A stretch of DNA of 64,000 nucleotides from Blepharisma stoltei ATCC 30299 (lineage: Eukaryota > Protista > Ciliophora). The stretch lies in NCBI GenBank assembly GCA_965603825.1, contig CBFDEM010000027.1:248001-312000 (forward strand), written 5' to 3'. The position numbers were made by a program, and so were the translations under genes. The first letter of the stretch is position 1, and each line of letters opens with the position of its first letter. Positions 12,917 through 26,576 of the stretch are shown here, piece by piece. Under the pieces are notes generated by a model. That model made no database searches. It saw nothing but the letters and a program-made list of their open reading frames with translations, and was not told the DNA's origin.

Positions 12917-13916
12917 TTAACTATAATGCAAGTCTTGGGACTTTTTGAAGAAATAGCCACGCACAAAGAAAGCTATAGCTAAAAGTATTGTAATTCCGCC
13001 CACCACAATGTAAGCAATCCCCAAGAAATCGTTTCTTCCTCCGAGTGCATTTGCAGTTGATATCACTACGTACTTTTTCCCATCAAAATCTGACACGTCA
13101 TAAGTGCTATTAATTTGAACTGTATAAGTCCCCACTGTAAGGTCATCTTCTATCCTCCCCCACAATTTTCTGAAATTCGGCAGTCCAGAAACCCTCATCC
13201 ACACTATAAAATGCTCTACATAGGAATTTACCGTCTTCCACGTCTTTCCACTGCTTTTTCTGCCAATTTTTCAGATTTTTGAATTTCCTATCTTTATCTG
13301 AAGGCCAGGCAATGTCATTTTCTAAAATATTAACTCTGTGTCCGTTTTGGTCCCACATTATAAAAGTGTCATTAAAAAAGGTCTTCGCGATTAGCCCACA
13401 TGGGTTGGCTACATCTTTATCAGTCAAATCCCAGCCGCCTTCTCTATACTTCGGTTCAATCCCCAGGTCTTCCATCGTAACAATAGGGTCGCAATCTGTG
13501 CTTACCGAGCCTTTTGATAAATCATTTCCCATCAGCTGATTCTGTGATTTTGATTTTACATATCTTCGATGGTTTTGGTAAAAATTATCAAGTTCATAGT
13601 AAAAATACACTGTAGAGCTCATTTCATCAGTGACATCAAAGGTAATATTGCAGAGGCTCAGCCTGTCATATTTGGTTTTGTCGCATTCTCCCACGTTGTC
13701 ATACCGCTTACGGTGCTCAATGATTTCTAAAGAATAGGACAATAAAACGCTCCCTACAATTATAAAAATCGACCCTAAAGTGGTAAAAATAATTACAGCT
13801 GATTTAACTGTAGGGACTGGCTTGTAAGCTTTCATTGTCTGCTGGCGAAAAGGGGTGTTTCGAGGCTTGCGATTGTGCTGCTCTTCTCCTAAAGGAACTA
13901 CTTGTCCGTCTGCCAT
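12917..13916 (-). CDS. CDC50: CDC50/LEM3 P4-ATPase flippase beta subunit (2 exons)
   Basis: FRQQ, NFYQNHRRYVKS, PCGLIA..FNDTF, EHFIVWMR..LPNFRKLWG, LGGRNDFLG. Confidence 0.95.
13216..13231 (-). other. 16-nt intron GTAAATTCCTATGTAG
   Basis: Removal fixes the frameshift and restores conserved DEHFIVWMR. Confidence 0.92.
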
Positions 13917-13921
13917 TTTAA

Positions 13922-14482
13922 TTATGAATTAATTTGGTTATTTAAAGCTTGCAACGTTTCCAAGGTGGGAAAAAGAGACTTTGACTGTGAGGAAATCTGA
14001 GACATGACGTCTACGTAGTGAAGGATTTTTTTGTCTGTGCTTTCGATTTCGTGCTTGATTTTCTCAATTGCGCTGTCAATTTCTTCACAGGTAGGCAGTT
14101 TGTTGATAGCTCGGGCTTCTTCTTCATATTCAATTAAATTGGATCTTAAGGATTTTTCGTGGGAGTATTCTTCTTTTAAGGCTTGGATTTCTTGTTTGTA
14201 GCTGTCTATTTTGCTTTGTAAAGCATCTGTTTGTGAGATTAGATAGTTTCAGTCAGCATCATAGGAATAGTGGGACAATTCTCTTTTTTCTGCGATATAT
14301 TCGAGCTCTTTGATGCCTTCTTTTAAGTCGTTTAAGAGTTTTTCACTTTGGCTTGGATGAATATTTTTGAAATCAACTATGTGGCCGAGCTCTAAACATT
14401 TTATGGCAAAATTTCGTAATGCAGGACTTTCTTTGTAGAGGAGTCGATTTAGCAGAGCATCTTCTTCGTTTAATTTTTTCAT
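13922..14482 (-). CDS. Coiled-coil protein, THO complex subunit 7-like
   Basis: EEDALLNRLL N-terminus, EYEEEARAINKLP motif, 186 aa; TGA at 14249 read through. Confidence 0.6.
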
Positions 14483-14789
14483 TTTTATAATAATTTATTA
14501 TGTAGTAGGTGGCTTTGAATTTTGAAGGGCAATGAAAATGCAGTTAAAATTAACTTTTGTCTAATATTATAAAGCTAAAAAAGTTAAAAATGATGCTAAA
14601 TAACTTTCTAAAAATATTCAAAAAAATTCTTCTGTAAAATAGAGCATTTCTCTATTTTATCTTTGTAATATTTTAACAATCAGTGCTTTTCCCATATATA
14701 AAAGGAACTATAAAAAGATTCTGATGACTATGAAAATTATGTGGAGAAAATAAATATGAATAATAAGTCCATTCATATAATTTTTATTA

Positions 14790-16247
14790 ATGAATTTAAT
14801 AAGTTTAGGAGGTGAGCACACTGAAGAGGCTTGCATATACTGCAAAAAGGGTCCATCAACTGTTTTTGGTTTTTATTGTAAAGAAATGAGTGTAGAAAAC
14901 TACGAAAAATTAATGTTTAAAGGATATAGAAGATGAGGAGACATCTGCTATGTCCCAGTCCTAGAAAAGTCTTGCTGCAAGCTCATCTCTTTAAGATGCA
15001 ATACAATTTTATATAAGCCTAATAAGAGCCAAAAAAAAGTCCAAAAGAAATTTGCCCGCTATTTAAATGCAGTGAAAAAGCCAACGAAAATCAAACAAAG
15101 AATGCACGAAATATTGACTATTCCAAATGATTTAAAAGAAAAACTAAAAAATGCTGTGGAAGCTACTATCGAAGTATTGGGAATCAGTTTTGAAGATAAA
15201 TTATGCGTTATCAAAAGAAACTCACCCAATAGAAAAAAAAGATTTGGAGATTACTCTATAAGTTCTGCTATAACTGTTCATATAAAAGCAAAACAAAATG
15301 GACTAAATTTAAATCTATCTGATGTAACAGAATTATTGCAAAATTATTTTGAATTAGAAATAAACAATAGCAAATGAAGGATCTTTTCTGTTGAGAATGG
15401 ATTTATCAATTTACTTGAAAACGAAATTGAAGAGATTAAGCTTCTTGATGAGAATAAAAATGAAAATAAAATTTCAGCAATTCCCCATACTTATAAGCAC
15501 GAATTGGTTGATAGCGATTTTTCTCAAGAATCATATGAGCTATATAAAGAATACGTCAAGGCTGTGCATGGCGAGACACCAACTAACCTATCAATTGAGC
15601 ATTACACACAGACTGCATGTAAAACATCTTTAATAAAAGAGGAGCCATCTCATGAGTATCCTTATGGGTTAGGAAGCTTCCATATGCTTCATAAAATTGA
15701 TGGAATCTTAGTGGGTGTTAGCGTAATTGATATTCTCCCAAGCGGGGTTTCTGCAGTATATTTCTTTTATTCTTCAAAAATATCATTTTTGTCACCAGGG
15801 ATCTTTTCTATAATGAAGGAAATAGAATTCGTTCAAAATAATCTCTCTGAAAGATTTAAGTACTATTATTTGGGCTTTTATATTAATAATATCCAAAAAA
15901 TGAAGTATAAAGGGGAGTTTTATCCAAGTGAGCTGCTTTGTCCGAAAAAATTTGTATGAGTTCCTATTGAAAACTGTTTGGAAGACCAAAGCCATAACTT
16001 TTTAGAGCTTTCAAGCTGCTGCCCTTTAACAAGCTGCCTACCTAAGGATCAAGATATGGAATTTTCAAATGCTAATATCCTGTCTTTTATTAATGAAAAT
16101 GCAAAAATTTCGATCAATAGTACAATATATACTATTTCAAGCCTGGATCAAAATTTTAGGCAATCTGCTTTAGAAAAACTGACATTAGCTTTTTATTATA
16201 TAGGAAAGCATTTATTCAAAAAATTTACCTTTTCTTTCATAAATTAA
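14790..16247 (+). CDS. ATE1: Arginyl-tRNA--protein transferase
   Basis: CIYCK, GYRRWG, SCC, GSFHMLHKIDG, VIDILP, YYYLGFYI, KMKYK..F.PSELLCP; TGA at 14934, 15375, 15957. Confidence 0.93.
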
Positions 16248-16489
16248 TTTTTTGCTGAAATCCACTGCTGAGAGGTCTTAATTCTCAAATATTCAAAATT
16301 AGAACGAATAATATAAATAAATACTTAAAGCCCAGCTTTGTAATTTCTTCTTTGTCTAATGCAATTGCACATATTTTTTTAAGTATGGTTCTCAAAATAG
16401 CTCACTATAATTAGTTTCCTTGCTGAAAATTGAACCATACTAATAAAAACCTAAATTTAAGAAAAATTCAATGGTGCATCAAGATAAAT

Positions 16490-18748
16490 ATGGGAAATAT
16501 TAGCCAATGTTGCGAAAACTCCAAGCTTCAAGCCACAATATTTGACCTAAACGAAGAAAATAAAAAACTTAAAAAGCGTGAATCAGATGAGCAACATTCC
16601 AAAGAGCAGCTAAAAATTCTCTATGACAAGCTTTTATCCGAAAAAGAAGCCTCCAACATTCTCATCACAAATCAATTAAATATCCTAAAAAATGACAACA
16701 TAAGCCTGACACAGCGAAACGAGAGACTCAAAGCAAGACTTATTGATGGCTGCCAAGATAAAGCAGCCTTAGATTTTCTAGCCCAAGAATACGAGGAAAA
16801 ACTGAAAAAATTAGATTCCGAATATTCCTCAAAAATCCAAGAATTATCTGCAGAAACCCAAAAGCTTCGTGTAGAGCTGATGCTCCTTACAGATTCCCAC
16901 AAGCGGAGAATCCTTTGGGGTGCTTTAAAATATATGAAAAAATATTCCCTTCAAAATCTATCTGCTTCTATAGATAGATGAAAAGAAATTTTAGAAGACC
17001 CTGAGCATTTGGAAACAGAAGGAAGTGTCATGTTTAAAACCATCGAATTTGATGTAACTTCTATATATGATGACGATGATAATAAAGTGAATCAAGCTGG
17101 CGTCAAAGCTGCACTTGATATGCTTTCAGAAGAGCAGAAAGCGACGATCAGTGAAAACCCTTTAATGATCTATTATGAAGCTCACAGGGGAAGAGGAGAA
17201 AAACCTATGTCAATCCAAAATGTTTTCAGGTTTTTTGAAGAAATGCTTGATAAAAAATATGAAGCTGACTGTGCGGACTTGGAAGCAAAAAGGGCTCCGA
17301 GGACTATGCCAGATTATATGATGGATCATTTAATTAGGGTATATGGACTTAAAAAAATAGCTCATAAAGCATTGTGCCAGATAATCCCAACGCTGGAAGA
17401 ATTGAACAAAAAAAGACACTCGTTAGGGATTTTATTCTCTAGGCTTATTCAAGTTATTCATCATGACCCAATTCCTTATCAATTAGCTTTGTTTTTGACA
17501 AAAGCGAGGATTGAGTTCAATAAATTAGTAACAAATGCACTGAAAGACATGAAAACCAGAAATATTGAAGCTAAAGCAGGGAAAAGCGACAATGATGGGG
17601 CAGCTTTTCTGATTGATGTTATGAATTTAATTTACAATCTTTTTGATACTGATAGAGGAAGCCGTGGGAAAGCAATAAGTCTGCTAAAACCTGAAAGGTT
17701 TACATCAGAGCAGTTTATGGTGTTTAGGATTTGCCACAAAATCATTAGAATGGGGGAGACTGCCGAAAATGTTTTTGCAGGATTTGATGTTGATAGAAAA
17801 GATAACGAAATTTCACGAGATCAGCTAATAGAAGGAATGAGGAAAGAATTAGAGCTTGCAATGCCAGAAGACGAAGCAACTATTCTATTTAACGTCTTAG
17901 ATCCTAAAAACACAGGTAAAATCTCACGAGATACATTTTTACAAAAAATTGATATAAAAAGTCACTATGAAAATTGCAAATCATTGAATTTGACTATAAA
18001 GAAAAGCAAGTTTTGGATGGTTCTTATTGATGTCTATAAGACAGTACAGATAAAAGATGCAGCTTTCTTGATGTCATGGTTTAATTCCCAAGGGAAAACT
18101 CACTTAAACTTTGACGAGTTCAAAAATTACGTTTTATTATTGGACCCTGATCTTTTTCCAGAAGAAATACAAAGCTATTATGATGATGGGCTTAGGTTAA
18201 ATGCAGATGCAAGCTTGGATGGCTTAACTTCGGAAAGCTTCTGCAAAGTGATAATTAGGGAGTCTATAGGAGGGAAAGGTGTTAGAGATTTCAGTAAGAT
18301 TTATATAGAGTTGAAAAGTGGAGGAGGATTTGCGGTAAGGTCTTTGTCGAGGAAAAATTCAGATTTGAATTTAAGTCAAGATGATATACAGCCACCTACA
18401 CCTAAAGGAAAACATTCAAGAAGAATGTCGGGGCTGGGGGCTCAGCCACCGACCAGATCAAGAACACCAACTCTTGAGATGCCGACTCCAAAGCATAGGA
18501 AAAGAGGAAGCTTTACTGGATTGCCGCCACCAGCATCAAGCAAAATACCAATTCCAAGGTCAAGGGAACCGACAAAATCACCAGAGCCTAGAAGCAGCCA
18601 AACTCCTGAACCTAGGTATAGCGGCTTTATTACTGAAATGAGGCAAAGTGAAGGAGTTCCTAGAACCAGCGAAGAACCAAAAAGCCCTGATGAGCCCAAG
18701 TCTCCTCGATTTGGCTGGCAAAGGTCTAGAGAGTTCAATATTTCTTAA
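16490..18748 (+). CDS. N-acylated coiled-coil/EF-hand protein with Pro/Ser-rich tail
   Basis: MGNISQCC; EF-like DVDRKDNEIS and DPKNTGKIS; TGA at 16979. Confidence 0.8.
18294..18308 (+). other. Candidate stop-less 15-nt intron GTAAGATTTATATAG
   Basis: Fits consensus; 14/15 identical to the PP2C intron; frame is open with or without it. Confidence 0.6.
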
Positions 18749-18894
18749 TTTTATTTAAATCCTAGACAATTAAATAAGAAACTGTGATATAAATAAAAGT
18801 ATTTAAGACTTTGATTCTCCATGAGATAGAAAGTATCCAATATTTTATTGGTTTGAACATATTTTGATTAAGGAAATTATTAATTCAGATATTA

Positions 18895-21156
18895 TTAAAA
18901 TGAATTTTTTGGTGGGTCTTTTGTTATCGTTCTCAGATTTATAATAGACCCATCGCTTGATTGAAAATCATATGGAATGGTTGAGTTTGGCCTATGTTTG
19001 ATTGCTTTGTCTTCCCAATTTTTACAGTTTTCATTTAGTTGACTATAGCAACTTGCATTGATGATATCGCATTTTAAAAATCTACATCAGCTTTCAAAAA
19101 GAGGAATACAAATATTCTTTATAAACCCAGCCTGGCTTTTATTAATGTCACATGTGCTTCTATCACAGTACATTGAAACCTGCATGACTCTCTCTTTTTC
19201 AATATCCCCTTGTTTAAAGAATTCTTCTATTAGCAGAAAAGACCATTTTTCATGCAATAACTGCACTTTTGCGCTATGTCCTAAGTCAGCACATTTTAAA
19301 CCCATAGACAAAATTAAAAATTTATCCTCATGGTTTTCCAAGCTCAAGTCTCCAAGAGCTACCCTTGAATTAAATTTGCCTAGAGCTTCGAAATGCATAG
19401 TCATGTCGGTATGCAAAATCATCTCGATTATTAACTTTCTGCTTTTTAACCAATCATCACTTGATAAGTGTTTGAGTACATTATTGTCGCTTTCTTTCAT
19501 TATGTTGAATATTTTGGCGGCATGCATCATTTCTAAGACTCTGAAGTCATTATAATTAATAGCTAATTCATGACCACTATTTATCAAAAATCTTGTGGTT
19601 AAGCCAGGGTGGCCTGCATCATGCCCTAGCGCAGCAATCATTGCTGAAAATGTTTCCAGAGTGCTAAGAGATAGTAGAAGTCCACTTTGAGTCAAAAAAT
19701 ATAAAAGTGAATGCAAAACATCTGCAGCATGGCATGCGTTATGATAAGGGATTTCTTTATTGTAAGACTATATATCAAATACATTTTCTAAATTTTTGAA
19801 AAATGAATCAGAAACTGGTTCTGGAATAGAGAAAAGTTCATTAATCCCTCATTTCTGTAATAAATATTTTGATATAATTGAAACGCTTGACCCAGTCATT
19901 TGATAAACAAATCAAATGTCAAAATTCCAGTTAGTTCCCACCCCAGATAAGATTCTTTCTAAGTCAGGAGAACTATATCCTACAAGAGTTGGCTTCTTTT
20001 CAATGATTTCTGACATAGTTTTTCTTCTTACAGTTACTCTTTGTAGCTCTCCATGCCCTCTATCTACAAAGTTTTCCAAAATAAATGTCAAATCTTCTTC
20101 GTCCATATTTTTATTATTCTGTATATCAGTTTGTATAAAAAGCTTACCATGAACCAATTTCCTTTTAATTTTTTCTATCTCATAAATGGCTCTTTTCAGC
20201 TTATTCTTCACATCTGAAAAAATGATAACTATAGAGGCAGCTTTGATATTGGTTTTAATTTTGTCAAGTGTTTTAAAAATAGCTTCAATTTGTGGCTCAA
20301 AAAATGTTTCTTGACTATTAAGTTTGTTTTCCTTCTCAAAAATTACAGGGCCTGAGCTCATTGCCTGTTCTTCTTTAGATTTCCTCCAAAAAAGTTGCTT
20401 TGCTCTGAATTCTGATTGTCGAGATTCGACTAGCTGAAGAACCAAAAATACAAGCAAAATAAAGAAATCTGATAATAGCGCGATTATTGAAATCGCAGAA
20501 AAAGCAACAAAACATCCTAAAAGCAAAATAAGAGAAAAAAATGCAATTATTGCAATGCTGAAGAAGTTATCAAAAGTGACGATTCGCAATAAAGTGATAA
20601 AGCAAGCCATAGCTAAAACATGAGACTGTGTGCTTTGTGCATATCCACATCCTGTGATCCCTGAAAGAATATTTTCCTCACACAAAATTAAATATAGCAT
20701 AATAAAAAGCCCTAGACCGGCATAAAAACGCTGAGCATAATAAATAAGATTGTGATTCATTAAAATCCCAAACAAAATAGCATATGATAAAAAAAGAATA
20801 ATAGCTAGCATAGTTATACGGACGATAAAATGAATTTGACACATTTTATTATCATAATATAGCAACGATCAGGTGGCTACTGAAATGATGATATATGATG
20901 TAATAAAGATATAAAATGTCAATAGGTTGTTTTTGAATTCCTTTGATAAATACTTTGAGTCTCTTTTATCTAGGTATAGGGATTCAGCATATAACTTATT
21001 CAAGGCCGCATCTTTATATGTGAGGAAATTTGGGTTGATAGGTAAAGAGATATTTTCATGCTCTTCATGGCCTAGAAGGGAATAAATTGAGTGATTTGTT
21101 TGGCTGTAAAATACAGATTCGATTGCTTGTTTATCTGAAGTTGGCTGCAAATCCAT
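18895..21156 (-). CDS. Multi-pass membrane class I cyclic-nucleotide phosphodiesterase (2 exons)
   Basis: About 6 TM segments; PYHNACHAADV, HDAGHPG, LEMMH, TDM, KCADL, EEFFKQGD, SQAGFI; intron 19768-19782. Confidence 0.92.
19768..19782 (-). other. 15-nt intron GTATTTGATATATAG
   Basis: Removes in-frame TAG just before YHN motif. Confidence 0.9.
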
Positions 21157-21418
21157 ATAATAAAAATTAATTTTTTTTCAGTGAAAATTTCTAATATGAA
21201 ATCACATTTGACTATCCTTTTCATATGCCAAAATAATTTCTTTTCTCTTTAAGATTAAATGAATTTGAAAAGTGTGGAGCTAAAGAAAAAAACTCTTCCT
21301 CATATAATAGTTTTAAAAAATTATTCATCTCTTCATTTAAAGCTTATCCAGTACCTTGAAATAAATACGCATTTGAAAAAAATATAATAAAATAAATGAA
21401 ATATTAATAGGCATAAAA

Positions 21419-22228
21419 TTATACTCCAGCTTGTCTCAAGGACCAAGAGTCCAAGCCATTTACTATGATAACTTCATCGCGGTTATCTGTTATTTCTTTT
21501 GGAGCATCTAATATATCTCTAATCCTTTCACTTTCAACTGCTCTTTTCGGCTCAATAGCCCTCAATTTCAATAAAGTTTCTTGCTGTGCCTCTGTAAAAA
21601 TATTTTTCTTTTCATAGGTATCTTCAATAAGTTTTTGAATTGCAGTTTTGCTTCATTCGATTTTTTTAAATTTTTCTAAGCCTAATAGTGCTTTATAATA
21701 AATCTCATTTCAATCTTTACTTTCTTCGCTTAATTCTTCCAACTTTTCCCTCATAAACTTTATGTTCTTATGGAAAACATAAGAATCATCTGTGTGAATT
21801 GTATTTATTGTGTCAGCCAAAAACATTCACCTTTCAAAAGTCAATTTCTTTTCTTCAGGAATGGATTCTTGATAATTTTCGAATACAAATCTAAAAATTT
21901 CTTTAGTTTGGTCTTGGGGTGGATTATTTATAAATCCTGATTCATAAATTGTTTCTAAGCAATCTAATATTTCTTCTATTGAAAATTTGGTATGATGCTT
22001 TCTTATAAGTTTTGATAAAAGATTGATTGATTTTTTATAAGTGTGCTCATTTCTTAAATGCTTCTTGATTTTTTCCAAAGCTTTATCTGGTGTTATCTGA
22101 GCAGGCTTTTCTATTTTCTTTTCCTCACAGACTTGTATTTTTATTGCTGTTGCGTCTTTGCTTATATACTTATCGATTTCCCTCTCAGCTTTAGTTCGCT
22201 TCAAATTTTCCCTTTCTAATTTTTTCAT
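21419..22228 (-). CDS. Hypothetical protein (269 aa)
   Basis: Continuous frame with three TGA=Trp, ends TAA. Confidence 0.75.
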
Positions 22229-22360
22229 TATTTATACAGTTGGAGAACATAATTTTTAATAAACTACTTCAATATCTTCGAGAATTCATAAAAATAATAA
22301 CTATATTTCTGATCTTTTCTGAAGTAAATTAATTTCTGATTCAACATTTTGAATTATAAA

Positions 22361-23023
22361 ATGTGTCGACAAAAAAATTTCGACACAGAACTGATGAGCC
22401 ATAACACAAAATCTCCATTCAAACCAAAGCTTCGTAGATTGAAAACAGAGATAGATCACAGATCTTTAACACCTCCTAAGGTCTATATTAAATCTGATCC
22501 TCTCATACAAAAGTTACCTCAAATACCGAAAAATTTGACCCCTATAATTTTCTCAACCAAACATGAGAATTTTTCTCCAAACGCGTATTATGCATCCTTC
22601 TTCCCTCCAAACTGAAGCCCTAACACAATAGATCACCCTAAAACCCCTAAAACCAACACAAAACACACAAACCACAAATTCAATTTTTTCAAATTCCAGG
22701 TCGACACAGCACCCCAGAAAAGCAGAACACGATCGCTAACTCCTCTTGCACAAAAATCTTTCACAAAAAGCACTGATGATGAGCTGGAATTTTTAATTAA
22801 TGAATATGCTGACGACAAAAAAACGACGTTGGCGTTAAATAACATAATAAAAAACTGGAAGCCGAAATTTAGCAAACACAGAAGGATAGAAACGGCTGTA
22901 AAAACAAACAGAAAACACATAAAAAGACAAATTGAAGAACTTATGGAACAAAAGAAAAAGTCCATTGAGAGGATCAGTGAGTACATTGATGGAGTAATAC
23001 AAAACATTAAATTAGAATGCTAA
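22361..23023 (+). CDS. Hypothetical basic protein
   Basis: Two ORF-track pieces joined through TGA 22613-22615. Confidence 0.7.
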
Positions 23024-23050
23024 TACATATCGAGAATAATTTAGTTTGGA

Positions 23051-24385
23051 TTATTTTTTCTTTGTAAGCTCGATCCCTGCCTTTTCTTCTTCCTCAAAGG
23101 ATAGCTCATCGTCTTCTTGAACTTCTTCGGAAAATGCTAAAAGTTTTGATCGCTCATTTACTCTCCAGATAATCATGACGCTGATTATTACAATGAAAAA
23201 CACAACATCCCAAACTGCTATGAACATCCAATACCAATGCCATACTTCATCTTTGGGCCAAATGAATTTTATAAAGCTTTCGACAATTGTCCATAGTGCA
23301 CTGAGTCCACCTACAATGGCTAAAGCCCATCCAAACTGCTTAAATAGACCTAATTTAAAGTTTTGTTTGTTTTGAGTTAGCTGGAAGAATAATAACACAA
23401 GCCAAGAAAACATCAGATAAAGCACAAAAGTATTGATAATCACTAATGGCAGAGAAACTAGCAAAGTAATCCACAGTTCTGCTGATTCGTGAGTGCGTAA
23501 AACAGCTTCATAAATCATGTCAAAAATCACATAAAGACTTCCAGTAACCAAAATTAGCTTTAAAGAGTCTCCAAGCGTAGAATGCACAATTCCCCAGCCT
23601 TTAGATGCACAAAGTAATAATACTCGTCCTAAGCCGTCTCTTAAGGCTTTCAAAAAAATACTTAAAATTAATATTGATACTTCTCTCTGGCCGTTTTTAT
23701 TATAAATAGCCCAGTCCAAATACCCAACAGCATATTCAAATATACAGATTCCTAATATTCCTGGAATTCACACTTTTTGTACAAAAATCGCACTATCAAA
23801 ATAATAAGCTAGTAAAATTCCCCAAGAGACTAGCAAAAGAATGTACATGAAGCACATAAGCTCATAAAACTAATTAGAAAATACTGGCATTAGCATATAA
23901 AACTCTGCTGGAACATAACCATGCGGGTTTTTTGACTCAACAGTAATTTGTAAGTTTAATTCTGTGCTCCCACAAGCAAATAATAAGACATAATAAACAT
24001 CAGTCTCGTTTATCTGGCGCTGCGCCAGTTTTTGATCTGAGCTGAATGTAATTTTTGGATTTTGCAATTCTTTTGGGAGGTCTGTAGAATTTCCCTTGCA
24101 AGATGTATTTAAACTCATGTAGCTTGTGGCATTTTGATAGTTTATTAAGGAGGCGATATCCTTGCTATTGTAAATTCCTATAGAAAAAACTTCAGTGTAG
24201 GTTGTCACTGATGATCCTATATAAAATTTACATGAAACCTTTATATAAGATTCTGCTTCAGATGTTTGCTTTGAAAACATGGCAATTTTTTGCAGAAGAA
24301 CAAGAGCTGGAGGAGTAATGGTGTGCTCCACAGAAATTATATTGCAAAAGCAGAATATTGGAAAAAAGAGTAGCACCTTCCACAT
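23051..24385 (-). CDS. GOST family (TMEM87/GPR107, lung 7TM) membrane protein (2 exons)
   Basis: Signal peptide, KNPHGYVPAEFY, SKGWGIV, 7 TM segments, IIWR; intron 23870-23884. Confidence 0.88.
23870..23884 (-). other. 15-nt intron GTATTTTCTAATTAG
   Basis: Removes TAG, restores LMP-FY. Confidence 0.9.
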
Positions 24386-24553
24386 TTTTATAAAAATCCA
24401 TATCTTATATAAGGAATAATTAGAATTCTGTCAAAGCTAAAACATATAGTTATTAAAGAATTCTAATTCAGCTGCAAGAAAAAATATACTGTTTAAGAAA
24501 ATTAATAATTATTAAATTATTTAAATATAAATAGCAAGAAAACCGGTCTGAAA

Positions 24554-25444
24554 ATGTCTGGAAAGCGAAGAACTCGAGATTCAGATCGACATCATGAGTC
24601 AGTTTCTAAGAAAGTTCAAAGAGTAATAGAAGATTTACTCAACTCATGCGATCCTTATGAATCAAAGCACGATCGTCCAGGCTCTCCTCTAGAAATAGCT
24701 GAAGATGCCCAAGAAATGCTTTCTGAACTTAACCAGAAGATTGATAAACTTTATAGTTTCTATGAAAATGAAGTAAAACAATCTAGAGAAAAAGAAAGAA
24801 TTGAGAAAGAAGCAAGAAGCTATCTAAATAATGCAAAGCCCGAAGAAATGGATCTAATTGCAATGAAACGGGAAACTCTTCGAAAATTTGTAGAAATGAC
24901 TCCACAGAATGATAGTGAAGATTTATGAATGTATAGTCTTGGGAATACATTTGATAGGAATGAAATAAAAGAATTGGAAACTAATTTACAGTCAAAGTTG
25001 GCTGAAATACGTGATGAGATTTCACAGTGTAAAATGGCCCTTTCGAGTCTGTTAACTCAAGGGATGGCTGGGTTTACAATGGCAAAGCTAATAGCTTATA
25101 GAGATATTCTCAATGAATGCAAACTGTTAACAATTCATGAAGACCCAGAATCTGGCTTGCTTGAGCTATGTGGAGAGCATATAAATGATTTATCGATAAA
25201 AAATACTGTGAATGATTCTATTGAGCTTACTAAATTGCTAAACACTTATAAAGAATATTTATTATGGGTTTTCTTAGCTTTACAAGGAGGCAATAAACAG
25301 AAATTTGCAGAAATTCAAAATGAGATCATCGAAAAGGGTTATTTACTAGAAAAGCAAGACTTGGACCACCCGATCGCAGATTCTATAAAACCTAAACAAG
25401 AAGTGGAAGAAGAAGAACTTTTCGATGTATCTTTAGACGAATAA
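24554..25444 (+). CDS. Hypothetical coiled-coil protein (296 aa)
   Basis: Two abutting in-frame ORFs separated only by TGA 24926-24928. Confidence 0.75.
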
Positions 25445-25620
25445 TAATTATTAATAAGAATACAACTATCTATCAAATCATTCATCGATCATTTCCTAAA
25501 TAAAAATAATTGCAACCAATAATGTAAGCCAAAGCGCATCTTCTCATTGCATATCTAAAAAAATTAGTCCAGCCACCATTTTAAAAGTGATAATCAAGCT
25601 TAAAAATAAAACTAAACAAC

Positions 25621-25854
25621 ATGGGATGCACTTCATCCTTAGGACATGCTAAAGTAATAAGAAGTACGAATCAGCTGAAAAGGGCTGACATATCAAGCAA
25701 GAAAACAAGATGCACTATGAAAGACCTGAGCTTTAAGATGTGCAGATCGACGAAAACAAAAGAGGACTTGTTTGCGATTGGCGAGGTGAATCCAGTAATG
25801 GAGGAATCAATGAGGTATAATGAATTCTGTGTTTCTGAGTGTAGTAAATTATAA
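25621..25854 (+). CDS. Small N-acylated (MGC) protein, paralog A
   Basis: Shares CTxxDLxF...ST..KExLFxIxEV...MEES with 26577-26834. Confidence 0.75.
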   Translation: MGCTSSLGHAKVIRSTNQLKRADISSKKTRCTMKDLSFKMCRSTKTKEDLFAIGEVNPVMEESMRYNEFCVSECSKL

Positions 25855-26576
25855 GCTAATGTAATATGGATAAGTTTATCGAAATTCAAGCTATTGCCAG
25901 AAATTGAGAAAACGCAAAAAATTATTGGAAGAAGAAGCATAAATTATTTATAGGAAAATTAAATAGTGTATTTTTAGTGAATGAGAGTCTGGAGAGCTAA
26001 TGATTAAGCAATAGAGAGCTTAATTCTTTATGATATCATTGAAACAAAGAGGAAAAAAACTGTATAAGTATATGGTAATGATATTTTGAATAATTAAATA
26101 GCGATTATAAGAGAATTTATATTATTTGACAATTTTTTAAGAACTATTTGTATATACTCAATTAGCACAAGATGCATTATTTAGGAAGATTTTATAATAT
26201 ATAAGTGCTGGTTTGAAACTGACTGAAATGTATTTTGATAATAAAAAATATATAATCACAGAATATTGCTTAATATATTTTCTAAAGATCTCACAAATAA
26301 AGCGTAAACTATTACTATGATGAGATCATTCTAATTAATTCCTAAAGCTAATCAATTTCAAGGCAATAGATATTTAAAAGATTAAATTATATAAGCTTCT
26401 CTGGGCTATTAGCTTTTTTAAAATAATTAAAAATGAAAACTATAAAAAATATTGAATTAATATTAGAAAAATTATTGTTTTGCTTTGAAACTAAGTTAAT
26501 TTTTTGTATATTTTGCCAATAAAACCATCTATATGGTTTTTACTTATCTTAATTATTACTAATTGTAAGCTTTTAA

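Noticed and set aside
22618-22625. CCCTAACA heterotrich telomere-like unit
   Set aside because: Single copy inside a CDS
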